The position numbers and the translations under genes were made by a program. This document shows, piece after piece, positions 1-10,198 of a stretch of 64,000 nt of DNA. Origin of the DNA: an uncultured Desulfobacterales bacterium (GTDB lineage Bacteria; Desulfobacterota; Desulfobacteria; Desulfobacterales; B30-G6); assembly GCA_964633115.1 (NCBI GenBank), contig CAZWEO010000001.1, forward strand, positions 78,162 to 142,161, in the 5' to 3' direction. Numbering within the stretch: position 1 is the first letter of the stretch; each line of letters opens with the position of its first letter. The notes below the pieces were generated by a model. That model did not search any database. It was not told the DNA's origin and saw nothing but the letters and a program-made list of their open reading frames with translations.

Positions 1-252
1 GGCTTCAGCTACTTTTTTTAGTGTCGTATTAATATTTATCAACCCTTGCAGTATATTTTTTCGGAACAAATCGCTCAACTCAGTCTTTTCAAAGCCAAGT
101 TTAACGTTAAACGCATACAATTATGAGATTATGCTGTCAAGAAATATAATCATATAACAGATGGAAAATATTAGATGATTTCTCTCCTTTTTTTGTAAAT
201 AACTTAATGAGTCATATTTATTCGTTAATCAAAGAAAAAGAGTCGGAGAACC

Positions 253-1308
253 ATGGCGGTAATACTTGTGCGTCTAAGACAAAGAACATTTTTTAAGCCT
301 CTGTACATATTTGGTGTAATGTGGCTTCTCCTGGGTATGTCGGTTTTTTGTGGGGCCCTTTCCCTTACAGCCCATGCCGACCCTTGTTGCCGTAAACTCG
401 GGAGTGTTGACTCAACTCCGGTTTGGGTCGTGGGTCATCGCGGTGCCGCCGGTCTCAAGCCTGAAAATACCTTGAGCGGTTTTGTCAGGGCATTGGAACT
501 GGGCGTGGATGCCATCGAACTGGATGTTCTGATGACGGCTGACAATGTGTTGGTGGTTCACCATGATTTTAACCTGAAACCAGAAATAACCAGGAGATCG
601 GATGGATCGTGGTTGCCGCCACAAGCCATTCGGCCGATAATAGATATGACCGTTAAGCAGCTGCGGGCATTTGATGTGGGCCGTCTAAAACCCGGTACCC
701 GGTATGCATCCAGATACCCAGTGCAGATCCCTTCGGACGGCGAACCGATTCCCTTGCTGCGTGACGTTATTCAGCTGATTAAAGACTCAGATAATGCCGT
801 CGTTGAATTATGGATCGAAATCAAAACCACGCCGGAAAGCCCGGACATAACACCGTCGCCGGAAACCGTTGCCGAACACATTGTTGCCCTAATAAAAGAT
901 CAGCATTTCATGAAGCGGGTAAATATCCTATCTTTTGATTGGCGCTCGCTTATTCATATTCAAAAGCTAGCCCCATTCATCCCAACAGTCTATCTCACTT
1001 CGGACACCAAGCAATTTAAATCAGCCAGCTTCATGAATCCCTGGGATTCAGATTGGACCGCCAGTTTTAATATTGGTGATTACGATGGCTCGATACCCCG
1101 GACGATCGTATCAGCCGGCGGACGCTGGTGGGCCCCCAAGCACACCCAAATAAAGGCAAAGCAAGTCCAGGAAGCACATCGCTTGGGATTGTGTGTCGCT
1201 GTTTGGACACCGGATTCTGAAAAGGCCATCAAACATATGATCCAGATGGGGGTTGATGCCATCATATCCAACCGTCCGGATCGTGTTCACCAAATACTTG
1301 ATGAATAA
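253..1308 (+). CDS. Glycerophosphodiester phosphodiesterase (GDPD family), probably exported
   Basis: 351-aa ORF. Hydrophobic N-terminal signal-like segment. GDPD signature VVGHRGAAGLKPENTL...AIELDV. GGAGA RBS just upstream of the ATG. Confidence 0.8.
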   Translation: MAVILVRLRQRTFFKPLYIFGVMWLLLGMSVFCGALSLTAHADPCCRKLGSVDSTPVWVVGHRGAAGLKPENTLSGFVRALELGVDAIELDVLMTADNVLVVHHDFNLKPEITRRSDGSWLPPQAIRPIIDMTVKQLRAFDVGRLKPGTRYASRYPVQIPSDGEPIPLLRDVIQLIKDSDNAVVELWIEIKTTPESPDITPSPETVAEHIVALIKDQHFMKRVNILSFDWRSLIHIQKLAPFIPTVYLTSDTKQFKSASFMNPWDSDWTASFNIGDYDGSIPRTIVSAGGRWWAPKHTQIKAKQVQEAHRLGLCVAVWTPDSEKAIKHMIQMGVDAIISNRPDRVHQILDE

Positions 1309-1310
1309 AT

Positions 1311-1356
1311 AAATTTGAATTCATCCCGCGCTGCAAGCAACTGGGAATTCAAATTT
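1311..1356. terminator. Hairpin between convergent genes (possible bidirectional terminator)
   Basis: Perfect 12-bp arms AAATTTGAATTC (1311..1322) and GAATTCAAATTT (1345..1356), with an inner CCC/GGG extension. It sits between the stop of the GDPD gene and the stop of the ABC ATPase gene. AT-rich, so strength is uncertain. Confidence 0.4.
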
Positions 1357-2437
1357 AAAATAAGAGTTTACATTTTTGGGGATTCAAAAACAGGTAGATT
1401 TCCTGTCCTTCTTCCTGGGGCAGGTATTGCGATATCTGTACACGTATCTTTGTATCGTTCACATTTACAAAGAGGTACAGAAAGTTACCCAGATAGGCCT
1501 TATTGGCGATGATGCCCTTGAACACGTTTTGACTCTCCTGGGGCGGTTCTGCAAATACTTCCACATCCTCGGGGCGTATGGAGGCATAGGCTTTATCTCC
1601 AACTTTTGTTTCCCCTGCATGTGATATCATACACAACAGGTTCTCGCTGAATTCAGTTCGGACAGAGACCTGCCCTTTATCCTGAAATACCTGGGTGATT
1701 TCTCCGGAAATAAAGTTCATGGTGCCGATAAAATCGGCCACAAATCGATCCGCAGGCTGTTCGTATATTTCTTTTGCCGAACCGATCTGAACCACGTTGC
1801 CTGATTTCATGACCGCAATTCGGTCCGAAATCACCATAGCTTCGGCCTGATCGTGGGTGACATACACCGCTGTAATACCCATGCGTCTGACCAAGCTTTT
1901 GATTTCAAAACGCAGCTCTTCCCTGAGCTTGGCATCCAGGTTGCTCAAGGGCTCGTCCAACAGCAGGACCTTTGGATTTCTTACCAGGGCTCGGGCCAGA
2001 GCCACCCGTTGCTGCTGCCCCCCGCTCAGTTGTGAGGGGTATCTGTCTTCCAGACCACCTAAACCCACCAATTCCAGTACGTTATGCGTCTTATCGCGTA
2101 TCTCTTTTTTCGAGATTTTCAAAAGTTTCAAGCCATAGGCCACATTATTATAGACCTTCATGTGCGGCCAGACCGCATAGTTTTGGAACACCATGCCGAT
2201 ACCTCTTTTGGACGGTTGCACAAAGCCTTTTGATAGCAGGGGCTTTCCGTCGATGACGATGTCGCCTTCCTCAGGTTTCTCCAATCCGGCAATACAACGC
2301 AATGTGGTCGTCTTGCCACAACCGCTGGGTCCCAGCAGCGTCAGCATTTCTCCTTTTTCGATATCAAGCACGATACGATTCACCGCCACGACTTTTTTAT
2401 AACGCTTGAACAGGCTTTTGATTTCTATAAAGGCCAT
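1355..2437 (-). CDS. ABC importer ATP-binding protein (PotA/FbpC/MalK-like)
   Basis: 360 aa. Walker A GPSGCGKTT, signature LSGGQQQRVALARAL, Walker B LLLDEPLS. C-terminal regulatory extension typical of this importer class. Confidence 0.9.
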   Translation of the reverse strand: MAFIEIKSLFKRYKKVVAVNRIVLDIEKGEMLTLLGPSGCGKTTTLRCIAGLEKPEEGDIVIDGKPLLSKGFVQPSKRGIGMVFQNYAVWPHMKVYNNVAYGLKLLKISKKEIRDKTHNVLELVGLGGLEDRYPSQLSGGQQQRVALARALVRNPKVLLLDEPLSNLDAKLREELRFEIKSLVRRMGITAVYVTHDQAEAMVISDRIAVMKSGNVVQIGSAKEIYEQPADRFVADFIGTMNFISGEITQVFQDKGQVSVRTEFSENLLCMISHAGETKVGDKAYASIRPEDVEVFAEPPQESQNVFKGIIANKAYLGNFLYLFVNVNDTKIRVQISQYLPQEEGQEIYLFLNPQKCKLLF

Positions 2438-2512
2438 GAAGTCTGTCTCCTTCGGGTTTTACTCAATCTGCACAAGTATTCACAGGCGCACTCTTCCTGG
2501 ATACAAATCCAT

Positions 2513-4186
2513 TTAGTCTGCGGCACCCCAGGCCGCCTTTAGGACGCCCCCGCTGATTTTTGATATGATCAGGAGAAGGATGAATGTGATCACAATCATT
2601 AAAAAGGCCATGGCGGCCGCAATGCCAAACTCCATGCCGCGATGCCAGTTCAAATAGATACCGATGGGCAGGGTCTCCCACCCCCCCCGATAAAGAAATA
2701 CCGCCGTCGAGATCTCCTGGAACGCCATAATGAAAAACATCACCACGCCCACCATAACGCCTTTTAGCAGCAAGGGTAGCGAAATTTTAAAAAAAGTGCG
2801 GACTTTACCGGCCCCTGAAACTTCGGAAGCCTCTTCGAGTGATGGGTCCAGCTGTAAATAGGAGGAGTGTGCCATCCGCAAAAAATAGGGCAGGCGTCTT
2901 GCAAACAGGGCCAAGGGCATGATGATCCAATAGGTGGCAAGGGGGATCTTGTCCCAGAACGCCAAAAGATAACTAACACCAATGGCAATACCCGGAAAGG
3001 CCAGCATCAGGGTAATCACGAAATCCAGGGCATCTTTGCCCCGAACACGGGTTCTGACAATGATATAGGCTACGGGAAGCCCAAATGAAACCCCAAGAAT
3101 CAGGGCGATACCACTGAAGAGGAAGGAGTTTTTTATCATATCCGGACTTTGCAGCAGAATTACCCTGAAATTTTCAAGCGTCCAATAACTGGGAAACGCC
3201 TCAAAAACCCATCTTCTGGAAAAAGCGGCCAATCCTAAAACAATGGGAATCAGCAAGACCAGTATGGCGATAAAAATCATGTATACATAGGCGCATACCT
3301 TTATGACTGGGCCCGGGTTGATCACCCGGCCCTCTGACGTCGTGCCCTTGGAAAGACCGGTATACTTGCGCTTTTCAACCCACCAGCGGGCAAACAGAAA
3401 GAGGGTGATGCAGACAAGGGACGACACCATCACCGCCACGATGCCCATATATTTGCGGTGTATATCGGTAAAATGATAGGCAATGTTGATATACGACACC
3501 GAGGGCAGGATATCCACCTGTCCCAAAATAAGGGGTGTCAGCCAGTCTGTGAAAGGCCATAAAAATACCAGGACGGCACCAGCTAGATAACTGGGCGTAC
3601 ACAGCGGCAGGGATATGGTGAAAAACCGGCGAATTCCGCCGGCCCCTTCTACTTCGGCGGCTTCTTCAAAGGAGGGATCGATATTGGTGAAGCCTGCTGA
3701 TAGACCCAAAACGATAAAGGGCAGCATGTGCAGCGATTGGATGAATACCAGCCCGTGCAACCCATAAATAAAATTGATCGGTTCCTTAACCAGCCCTATC
3801 TCCATCAGGAGCAGATTAAGCGTGCCGTATTTCCCAAAGAAAATGATGAATGCAAAGACGCCGGCAAAGGCAGGCAGCACAATGGGTAACAGAATCAGAG
3901 CCGTAAATACGGTCTTGCCCCAATGCCGGTAGCGAGCAAGAATATAAGCTAGAGGCACCCCGAACACGGTGGTCGTTATCAACAATAAAGTACTGAGTAG
4001 CAGGGTGTTTCCAAAACACTTTAAGTAGTAGGTGTCCTGGAAGAATTCAAAATAGTTGCCCAGACCCCAGGCATCTGTTCCGGAAATCTTGAAGCTCTCC
4101 GCCACCAGAATAGACAAAGGGTAAATCACAAGAAAGGCAATCACCAGCCACAGGAATGCCGCTAGGTAGGTATGGCCGCGAAACAT
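2513..4186 (-). CDS. ABC importer permease, duplicated two-domain type (FbpB-like)
   Basis: 557 aa and highly hydrophobic. Two tandem permease modules. Lies in an operon with the ATPase and SBP genes. Confidence 0.85.
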   Translation of the reverse strand: MFRGHTYLAAFLWLVIAFLVIYPLSILVAESFKISGTDAWGLGNYFEFFQDTYYLKCFGNTLLLSTLLLITTTVFGVPLAYILARYRHWGKTVFTALILLPIVLPAFAGVFAFIIFFGKYGTLNLLLMEIGLVKEPINFIYGLHGLVFIQSLHMLPFIVLGLSAGFTNIDPSFEEAAEVEGAGGIRRFFTISLPLCTPSYLAGAVLVFLWPFTDWLTPLILGQVDILPSVSYINIAYHFTDIHRKYMGIVAVMVSSLVCITLFLFARWWVEKRKYTGLSKGTTSEGRVINPGPVIKVCAYVYMIFIAILVLLIPIVLGLAAFSRRWVFEAFPSYWTLENFRVILLQSPDMIKNSFLFSGIALILGVSFGLPVAYIIVRTRVRGKDALDFVITLMLAFPGIAIGVSYLLAFWDKIPLATYWIIMPLALFARRLPYFLRMAHSSYLQLDPSLEEASEVSGAGKVRTFFKISLPLLLKGVMVGVVMFFIMAFQEISTAVFLYRGGWETLPIGIYLNWHRGMEFGIAAAMAFLMIVITFILLLIISKISGGVLKAAWGAAD

Positions 4187-4280
4187 ATCACATCCTTAGG
4201 TATCAACAAAAATCTGCGTGGACAAAACCATGTTTGCCCACACAGATATATCGGATTAAGTACTTGGGTCTAATTAACCC

Positions 4281-5582
4281 TTACGGAGAGACCAGCAAAG
4301 CGCGTGCCTTTGCGGCAGCCAATCTTGCGGCTGCGTACTTACCCTCATATTCAAAGAGCTTTCTTGCTTCTTTTATTTTGGCCTCGGCTTTGGTTACATT
4401 CATGTTCTCCGCCTTGGCTGCATTTATTTCTTCCTCGACTTCTTCTATCAGGAACAGGCTGCTTTTTAGTTTGCCCCACTTTCGATAGATTTCATATTCA
4501 TATTTTTTATTGACCTCATCCCATCTTGAAGCCGCCAGATCCAGATCGTATTCGATGAAACCGACTTTTAGATCCCAAAATGAATCAACACCCAAAGCTT
4601 TCTTGGCGTGTTTGGCCATTTCGACGCCTTCCTTCTCCCACACGGAAAACTTGATATCCGTTCTGGCCGCAAAATAGCGCCCGTTCAAGACAGATTTTTG
4701 CCCGTCCATACTGAAAAGCCAGTCCAGAAAAATCTTTCCCATTTTTTCATTAGGTGCACCTTTTAACAAGGCCACCGCTTCCGGAACCAGAATGGTTTTT
4801 TCCGGCAACAAATCACGTACGGGATAGCCGTCCTTGCGTGCGGCCATGGCATTCATTTGCGGTTGGGCGATTCCAATGGGGGCTTCGCCGCGAGCAGTGA
4901 GCTGGGTCGTATCGGTGCTGCCGGTGGAAAAACGGGCCAATTGAGCGGCCAAAAGCCTTAGGTATCTCCAGGCTTCCTTCTCACCAAAGCCCTGAATAAG
5001 AATTTCAATGGCTTCATGCATGGTACCGGAAGCATACGGCAGCGTATGTACGATGTTTCCCCGGTATATGGGATTCAATAGGTCTCCCCAGGTTTTTGGT
5101 GGCGGCAGTCTCAGTTTTTTCAAAACTTTTTCGTTGTAAAGATTGGTGACAATCCAGGGTGCAAAACAGGTCCAGTAATCATCCTGATCCTTTACCTTCA
5201 TGCCGCCCCATTTAGCGGGTACCATATCCCAATCCTTGGGCCTGTAAGGTACGATCAAACCTTCCTTCTTGGCAATCTCATGCGCCGGAGCACCGGCACC
5301 TAAAAAAATGTCGGCATCCGGCTTACCGCCCCACAGCCTTACTTTATCAAGACAAACCGGCCAGCCACCCGGCTTCACAAACGTGATTTCTACATCCTTG
5401 CCGTAGGTCTTTTTGTAATATGCTTTAAATCCTCTCTCCAGACTTTCGGCCAGCTCCGTATAAACCGGACCGACCCAGCCGAGCTTGTCGGCCGCCTGCA
5501 CATCCTGCATGGGTACAGCCAGAAGCATTAGCGTCAGGGACAAGAAAACAAAAAAGATCTTTGCTGCGTTAATCATCCTCAT
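4281..5582 (-). CDS. ABC importer periplasmic substrate-binding protein with C-terminal helical extension
   Basis: The ORF track gives 4281..5609. I prefer the ATG at 5582 because GGAGG lies 5 nt upstream. Signal peptide MRMINAAKIFFVFLSLTLMLLAVPMQDVQA. Fe3+/polyamine-type SBP by operon context. Substrate not assignable. Confidence 0.8.
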   Translation of the reverse strand: MRMINAAKIFFVFLSLTLMLLAVPMQDVQAADKLGWVGPVYTELAESLERGFKAYYKKTYGKDVEITFVKPGGWPVCLDKVRLWGGKPDADIFLGAGAPAHEIAKKEGLIVPYRPKDWDMVPAKWGGMKVKDQDDYWTCFAPWIVTNLYNEKVLKKLRLPPPKTWGDLLNPIYRGNIVHTLPYASGTMHEAIEILIQGFGEKEAWRYLRLLAAQLARFSTGSTDTTQLTARGEAPIGIAQPQMNAMAARKDGYPVRDLLPEKTILVPEAVALLKGAPNEKMGKIFLDWLFSMDGQKSVLNGRYFAARTDIKFSVWEKEGVEMAKHAKKALGVDSFWDLKVGFIEYDLDLAASRWDEVNKKYEYEIYRKWGKLKSSLFLIEEVEEEINAAKAENMNVTKAEAKIKEARKLFEYEGKYAAARLAAAKARALLVSP

Positions 5583-6048
5583 AGTAACCTCCTTTTTTAG
5601 ATACCGCAATTCAGGAACAAAAAATGAGTCACGTTTTTATGACGTGAATAGGATTAAACCTATTAGGAAAATAAATTTCCCATATGGTTTAAAAACAGCT
5701 GCTCTGTAATAAGGATTAGAAAGTAAGCGTCTGCTAATTATAGCTGTGCGCGTTAAGAAATGGCCCGAAGATTGAAAAATCCCGAGTACATATTGACATC
5801 ATTTACTATACCCAGAGATGATTTTTTGTCAAATAAAAAAAGTAGATAGGTTTTTAATGCCGGTTCTGGCCGTTGACGTTTCAATATATCGACTCTTTCC
5901 CCAATCCGCTAATATTTTTCACCCTAAATTCACAACAGAAAGTAATAACCGGCTAGGTCCTAAAGTAGACAATCTGCTTGATTAATAGCAAATGTGTGCT
6001 ATGTGAATATAACTCGAAGAACGGCTTCTCTCAACTGGAGACATCAAC

Positions 6049-6441
6049 GTGCAATCCTATCGAACCGGAAGGCTTTTTTTTGAATCCATCCCCATTGATT
6101 CCGATCTGATTGCCTATATTAAAGCCCTTTGTCTGAACCAATCGATCCAAATTGCCAGGTTTAAGGTTATAGGGATTGTAGCTTCGGCCACGATTGGTGT
6201 ATATGATCTAAAGCAGCAAGTTTATGTAACCCATATCGAGAAGAAAGCCACCGAAGTGATATCCTGTATGGGCCATGTAAACTGGAATGAAGAAAAACCC
6301 CAGGTTGCCGCTAAAATAATTCTTGCTGACCAGCAAGGACAGGTGACCGGTGGGCATCTTTTCTCCCCCACGTTGGTCCAAGAATCTGAAATCGATCTAC
6401 AGGAACTGATAGATGTAAACTCTGAAATTGTCGTGTCATAA
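6049..6441 (+). CDS. PPC/DUF296 (PCC)-domain protein
   Basis: 130-aa ORF with GTG start and GGAGA RBS. The overall pattern resembles PPC-domain proteins. Weak family call. Confidence 0.55.
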   Translation: MQSYRTGRLFFESIPIDSDLIAYIKALCLNQSIQIARFKVIGIVASATIGVYDLKQQVYVTHIEKKATEVISCMGHVNWNEEKPQVAAKIILADQQGQVTGGHLFSPTLVQESEIDLQELIDVNSEIVVS

Positions 6442-6513
6442 GCAGCGATGTATGCCGCACACGCTAGATAATAACAAAAATCACAAAAAGGACCTATTTG
6501 AACGAAGGAGGAG

Positions 6514-7581
6514 ATGATGCAACTAACCAGCACCCAAGCCCAAACCCTCAAACCCAAGCCTGACGAAACCAATCTCGGCTTCGGAACCATATTCACCGAT
6601 CACATGTTCAATCTGGATTACAATCCTGAAAAAGGCTGGCACAATCCCAGGATAGAACCCTATGAATCGATTGCCATGGATCCGTCCACCATGGTTTTGC
6701 ATTATGGTCAGGGTGTATTTGAAGGATTGAAAGCCTACCGGACCGATGCGGGCGGCATCCAACTTTTTAGACCGCTAGACAACTTTAAACGCATGAACCG
6801 TTCTTCCCAGCTCCTTTGTATTCCCGGACACGATGAAGCCTTTGCTTTAGAAGCACTAAAACAATTGCTGACGCTTGAAAAAGATTGGGTACCTAGCGAA
6901 CCCGGAACGAGTTTATATATTCGTCCGACCATCGTGGCCACCGATCCCTTTTTGGGTGTACGCGCCTCGTTTACTTACCGTTTCTTCATTATCCTATCCC
7001 CTGTGGGCGCTTATTATCCCGAAGGGTTCAATCCCATTAAAATCCTGGTATCCAAAGATCATGTTCGTGCGGTCCGCGGCGGTGTGGGTGAGGCCAAAAC
7101 ACCGGGGAATTATGCCGCCAGCCTGCTGGCCGGTGACAAAGCCCATGAAGAAGGATATACCCAGGTTCTCTGGCTGGACGGCGTCGAGCAAAAATATATC
7201 GAAGAAGTCGGTTCCATGAACATCTTTTTCGTAATCGATAACGAGATTGTGACTCCCATGCTCACTGGCAGTATTCTTCCCGGGATTACCCGAAACTCAG
7301 TAATTCAACTGGCTCAGCACTGGGGCATGACGGTAAGCGAAAGAAAAATCAGTATCGATGAAGTCATGCAGGCCCAAACTTCGGGCAAGCTGACCGAAAT
7401 TTTCGGATCCGGAACGGCCGCCGTTGTTTCTCCGGTGGGCGAACTTAAATATGGTGATAAAATTATTACTGTTGGCGATGGGAATGTGGGTCCGGTGGCT
7501 CAGCGGCTATTTGATGCCATTCAGGATATCCAGTATGGCAAAGCAGAGGATCCGATGGGGTGGGTTGTTCCCGTCTGCTAA
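6514..7581 (+). CDS. ilvE: Branched-chain amino acid aminotransferase
   Basis: 355 aa. Class IV aminotransferase blocks GFGTIFTDHMF, LYIRPT, EEVGSMNIFFV, GITR. Confidence 0.9.
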   Translation: MMQLTSTQAQTLKPKPDETNLGFGTIFTDHMFNLDYNPEKGWHNPRIEPYESIAMDPSTMVLHYGQGVFEGLKAYRTDAGGIQLFRPLDNFKRMNRSSQLLCIPGHDEAFALEALKQLLTLEKDWVPSEPGTSLYIRPTIVATDPFLGVRASFTYRFFIILSPVGAYYPEGFNPIKILVSKDHVRAVRGGVGEAKTPGNYAASLLAGDKAHEEGYTQVLWLDGVEQKYIEEVGSMNIFFVIDNEIVTPMLTGSILPGITRNSVIQLAQHWGMTVSERKISIDEVMQAQTSGKLTEIFGSGTAAVVSPVGELKYGDKIITVGDGNVGPVAQRLFDAIQDIQYGKAEDPMGWVVPVC

Positions 7582-7608
7582 TAAAATCGTTAAAACTTTG
7601 ACTTGATT

Positions 7609-8982
7609 ATGACCAAGGCATTAAGTGCATTTGTGTTAAAAATGGAACGTGATGAGCTGCCGCCAACGGTAATTGATACCTTTTCGCATTATTACCGACA
7701 ACTGGCCGCCGGCGAATCCGGTCTGATTTCCGATACGGACATCCAACCGCTCACCCCGGATGACATTTTGGATGCAGCAAGCCTGGAAGCCTATACTGCT
7801 GCGGGGCAGGCAGCCATGTCAAAAGCCGTGGCGATTGTATTAAACGGCGGCTTGGGCACCAGCATGGGGCTTACCAAAGCAAAGTCCCTGATTCCGGTTA
7901 AAGCCGAACAAACCTTTCTGGATATCAAACTGAAGCAGGCTGAACACCGGGGCTCGCAGCTGGCGTTTATGAACAGTTTCAATACCCATTCCGATACAGT
8001 GGCGGCTGTATCGGCAGCTGCAACCAAACTGCAGCCGGCATTCTTTATTCAAAATAAGTTCCCCAAGGTGCTAACAAAAAATCTCGATCCGGTCGACTGG
8101 CCGGAGGATCCCAATCTGGAATGGAATCCACCCGGTCACGGCGATGTCTATGCTGCCCTATATGCATCTGGATTACTAAATCGCTTGCTTAAGAAGGGTA
8201 TAAAATACGCCTTTATCGCCAATTCCGATAACTTGGGCGCCTCCTTGGACAAAAGGCTTTTGGGTTATTTTGCGGATCATAACTTTCCATTTATGATGGA
8301 AGTGGCCCAAAGAACGCCCGCAGATCTGAAAGGCGGCCACCTGGCGCGGCACAAAAATGGAAACCTCGTATTGCGGGAAATCGCCCAGTGTCCCGAAGAT
8401 GAAATCGCCGCCTTTCAGGACATCGAGCGCTATCGATATTTCAACACCAATAGTCTGTGGGTCAATCTCACCTATCTGCAAGCCCTTTTTGAGGAAAAGG
8501 GGGCCCTATATCTACCCATGATCGTCAACCCCAAAACCGTGAATCCCAGATTGGCAGACAGCCCGGCTGTTTTCCAGATCGAATCTGCCATGGGTGCCGC
8601 CATTGCATTGTTTCCGGGGGCCAGCGCGGTTCAGGTGGGTGTTGACCGATTTATGCCGGTAAAAAAATGCCCCGAGCTTTTAGCTATCCGATCCGATTGT
8701 TACCATTTAACGGATAATTATGAGCTTATCCTGAATCCTGAACGTCAAATGCCGGCACCGCATATCACCCTCGATGTTCAATATTATGGTCATTTGGATG
8801 CATTTAATCAAAGATTTCAATGGATACCGAGTTTGGCGAATTGCCAATCTTTGACCATCCACGGAAACATATTTTTTGAAAAAGATGTTATCATCTCCGG
8901 TAATGTGACCATACGACATGATGGAGACGACCCCGCCATCATATCCGCAGGAAGCCGAATCGAATCGGATCTCAATATTTAA
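7609..8982 (+). CDS. UTP--hexose-1-phosphate uridylyltransferase, UDPGP (eukaryote-like) family
   Basis: The ORF begins at TTG 7603, and an in-frame ATG at 7609 is preferred. Motifs LNGGLGTSMG, NSDNLGA and the NPPGHGD region are typical of the UDPGP family rather than GalU. Confidence 0.75.
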   Translation: MTKALSAFVLKMERDELPPTVIDTFSHYYRQLAAGESGLISDTDIQPLTPDDILDAASLEAYTAAGQAAMSKAVAIVLNGGLGTSMGLTKAKSLIPVKAEQTFLDIKLKQAEHRGSQLAFMNSFNTHSDTVAAVSAAATKLQPAFFIQNKFPKVLTKNLDPVDWPEDPNLEWNPPGHGDVYAALYASGLLNRLLKKGIKYAFIANSDNLGASLDKRLLGYFADHNFPFMMEVAQRTPADLKGGHLARHKNGNLVLREIAQCPEDEIAAFQDIERYRYFNTNSLWVNLTYLQALFEEKGALYLPMIVNPKTVNPRLADSPAVFQIESAMGAAIALFPGASAVQVGVDRFMPVKKCPELLAIRSDCYHLTDNYELILNPERQMPAPHITLDVQYYGHLDAFNQRFQWIPSLANCQSLTIHGNIFFEKDVIISGNVTIRHDGDDPAIISAGSRIESDLNI

Positions 8983-9199
8983 CCTCCATAAATTATATGG
9001 ACATCTGATCCGAAAATGGATATGTTATTTAACATAACACGCCAATTGTAACGAAGCACAACTCGATCGAAAGCGAATCCACAGCACCTCTTGCTATTGA
9101 TGAACTCTTCTTTGTACGGCTCAATTCCGCTCTCCCTGTCCTGATAGTTTTTCTCTCATTTCAAAATGCATTTTGCATCCAAAAAAGAGGTGGCCTATC

Positions 9200-10111
9200 A
9201 TGAAAATCAACTTTAACAACATCTTGTGTGCTACCGACTTATCCGATCTATCCGGGGTAGCCATTTCTTCGGGAGTGGCTTTGGCCAGGGAATTCAATGC
9301 CAATCTATATCTCTGCCATATTGTAGACCTCAGCACGACCGCCGCTTATGGTGACATCATTTTCGCACCCCTAGAACTTCAAAATAAGTCCATAAGCTAT
9401 ACCCATGAACAACTCGAGCAAATCATGCAAGATCAGCAGCTCGAGTGGATACCCCTGGTCACGGCTGGTCATCCGCCAGACGAAATTTCAAAATTTGTGG
9501 CTGGGCACCAGATAGACCTCGTGGTTGCCGCAACCCACGGCCGCAGTGGTCTCAAACGGGTTTTTTTAGGATCGGTTACCGAACGCTTGATGAGAACGCT
9601 CGCTTGTCCTTTATTAATCGTCCGGAGTACGGAAGGCACTGATATTTTAAAGGGTAAAACAGCCATGTCATTCAAAAGAATACTGGTGGGATGTGATTTT
9701 TCGAGCTTTTCTAATCTGGCCTTTCAATACGGTCTCAGTCTGGCCCAAGATTTTGAATCAGAATTACATCTAATCCATGTTATCGAAACCCCCATTTACA
9801 AAGATATATTAAAAACCAGTGCAGCCTCCGGTAATTCAACGGAAGGAGCCCTATATGATCGTTTAAATGAAAAACTAGCCCAAAAGATACCAGATGAATC
9901 GGCCATATGGTGTCAGCCCAAAACGAGTCTTTTGGCAGGCAGGCCCTACGAGGAAATTATAAAATATGCGCTATTGAATTCGATTGACCTGATAATTCTG
10001 GGAATTCGGGGGCGCAACCTCATTGAAGCGTTGTTGACAGGATCCACAACCGACCGAATTGTGCGCCAGGGTCCCTGTCCTGTTTTGTCGGTTTGCCCAG
10101 TTACTAAATAA
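9200..10111 (+). CDS. Tandem universal stress protein (2x UspA domain)
   Basis: The ORF track starts at 9173. The ATG at 9200 has an AAGAGG RBS. Two Usp halves each carry an ATP-binding-type motif (THGRSGLKRVFLGSVTERL; GIRGRNLIEALLTGSTTDRIV). Confidence 0.85.
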   Translation: MKINFNNILCATDLSDLSGVAISSGVALAREFNANLYLCHIVDLSTTAAYGDIIFAPLELQNKSISYTHEQLEQIMQDQQLEWIPLVTAGHPPDEISKFVAGHQIDLVVAATHGRSGLKRVFLGSVTERLMRTLACPLLIVRSTEGTDILKGKTAMSFKRILVGCDFSSFSNLAFQYGLSLAQDFESELHLIHVIETPIYKDILKTSAASGNSTEGALYDRLNEKLAQKIPDESAIWCQPKTSLLAGRPYEEIIKYALLNSIDLIILGIRGRNLIEALLTGSTTDRIVRQGPCPVLSVCPVTK

Positions 10112-10198
10112 CAAAAGAGCCTTGTTTCTATTGTTTGCACGAGGCTCCGAATAATAAATCGAAAGGTATGCAGCACAGATTTTTTCTTTTACGGCATC

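Noticed and set aside
1-78. Possible 5' end of a leftward gene, TTG at 78 giving LSDLFRKNILQGLININTTLKKVAEA...
   Set aside because: Only 26 codons are visible, with a weak start and RBS and no recognisable motif. It cannot be supported from this window.
412-624. Short ORFs nested antisense or out of frame inside long, well-supported CDSs. Examples: 412..624, 1376..1624, 25480..25848, 27188..27574, 58359..58730, and most 60-120 aa entries in the track.
   Set aside because: They overlap genes with strong family signatures, lack RBSs, and have low-complexity or Arg/Pro/Gly-biased translations typical of off-frame reading.
9166-9178. Palindrome ATGCA-TTT-TGCAT upstream of the tandem Usp gene, with the same 5-3-5 geometry as the TGCCA-N3-TGGCA sites
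   Set aside because: Single copy, different half-site sequence, and short enough to occur by chance. No -24 GG element is at the right distance for a sigma-54 promoter.
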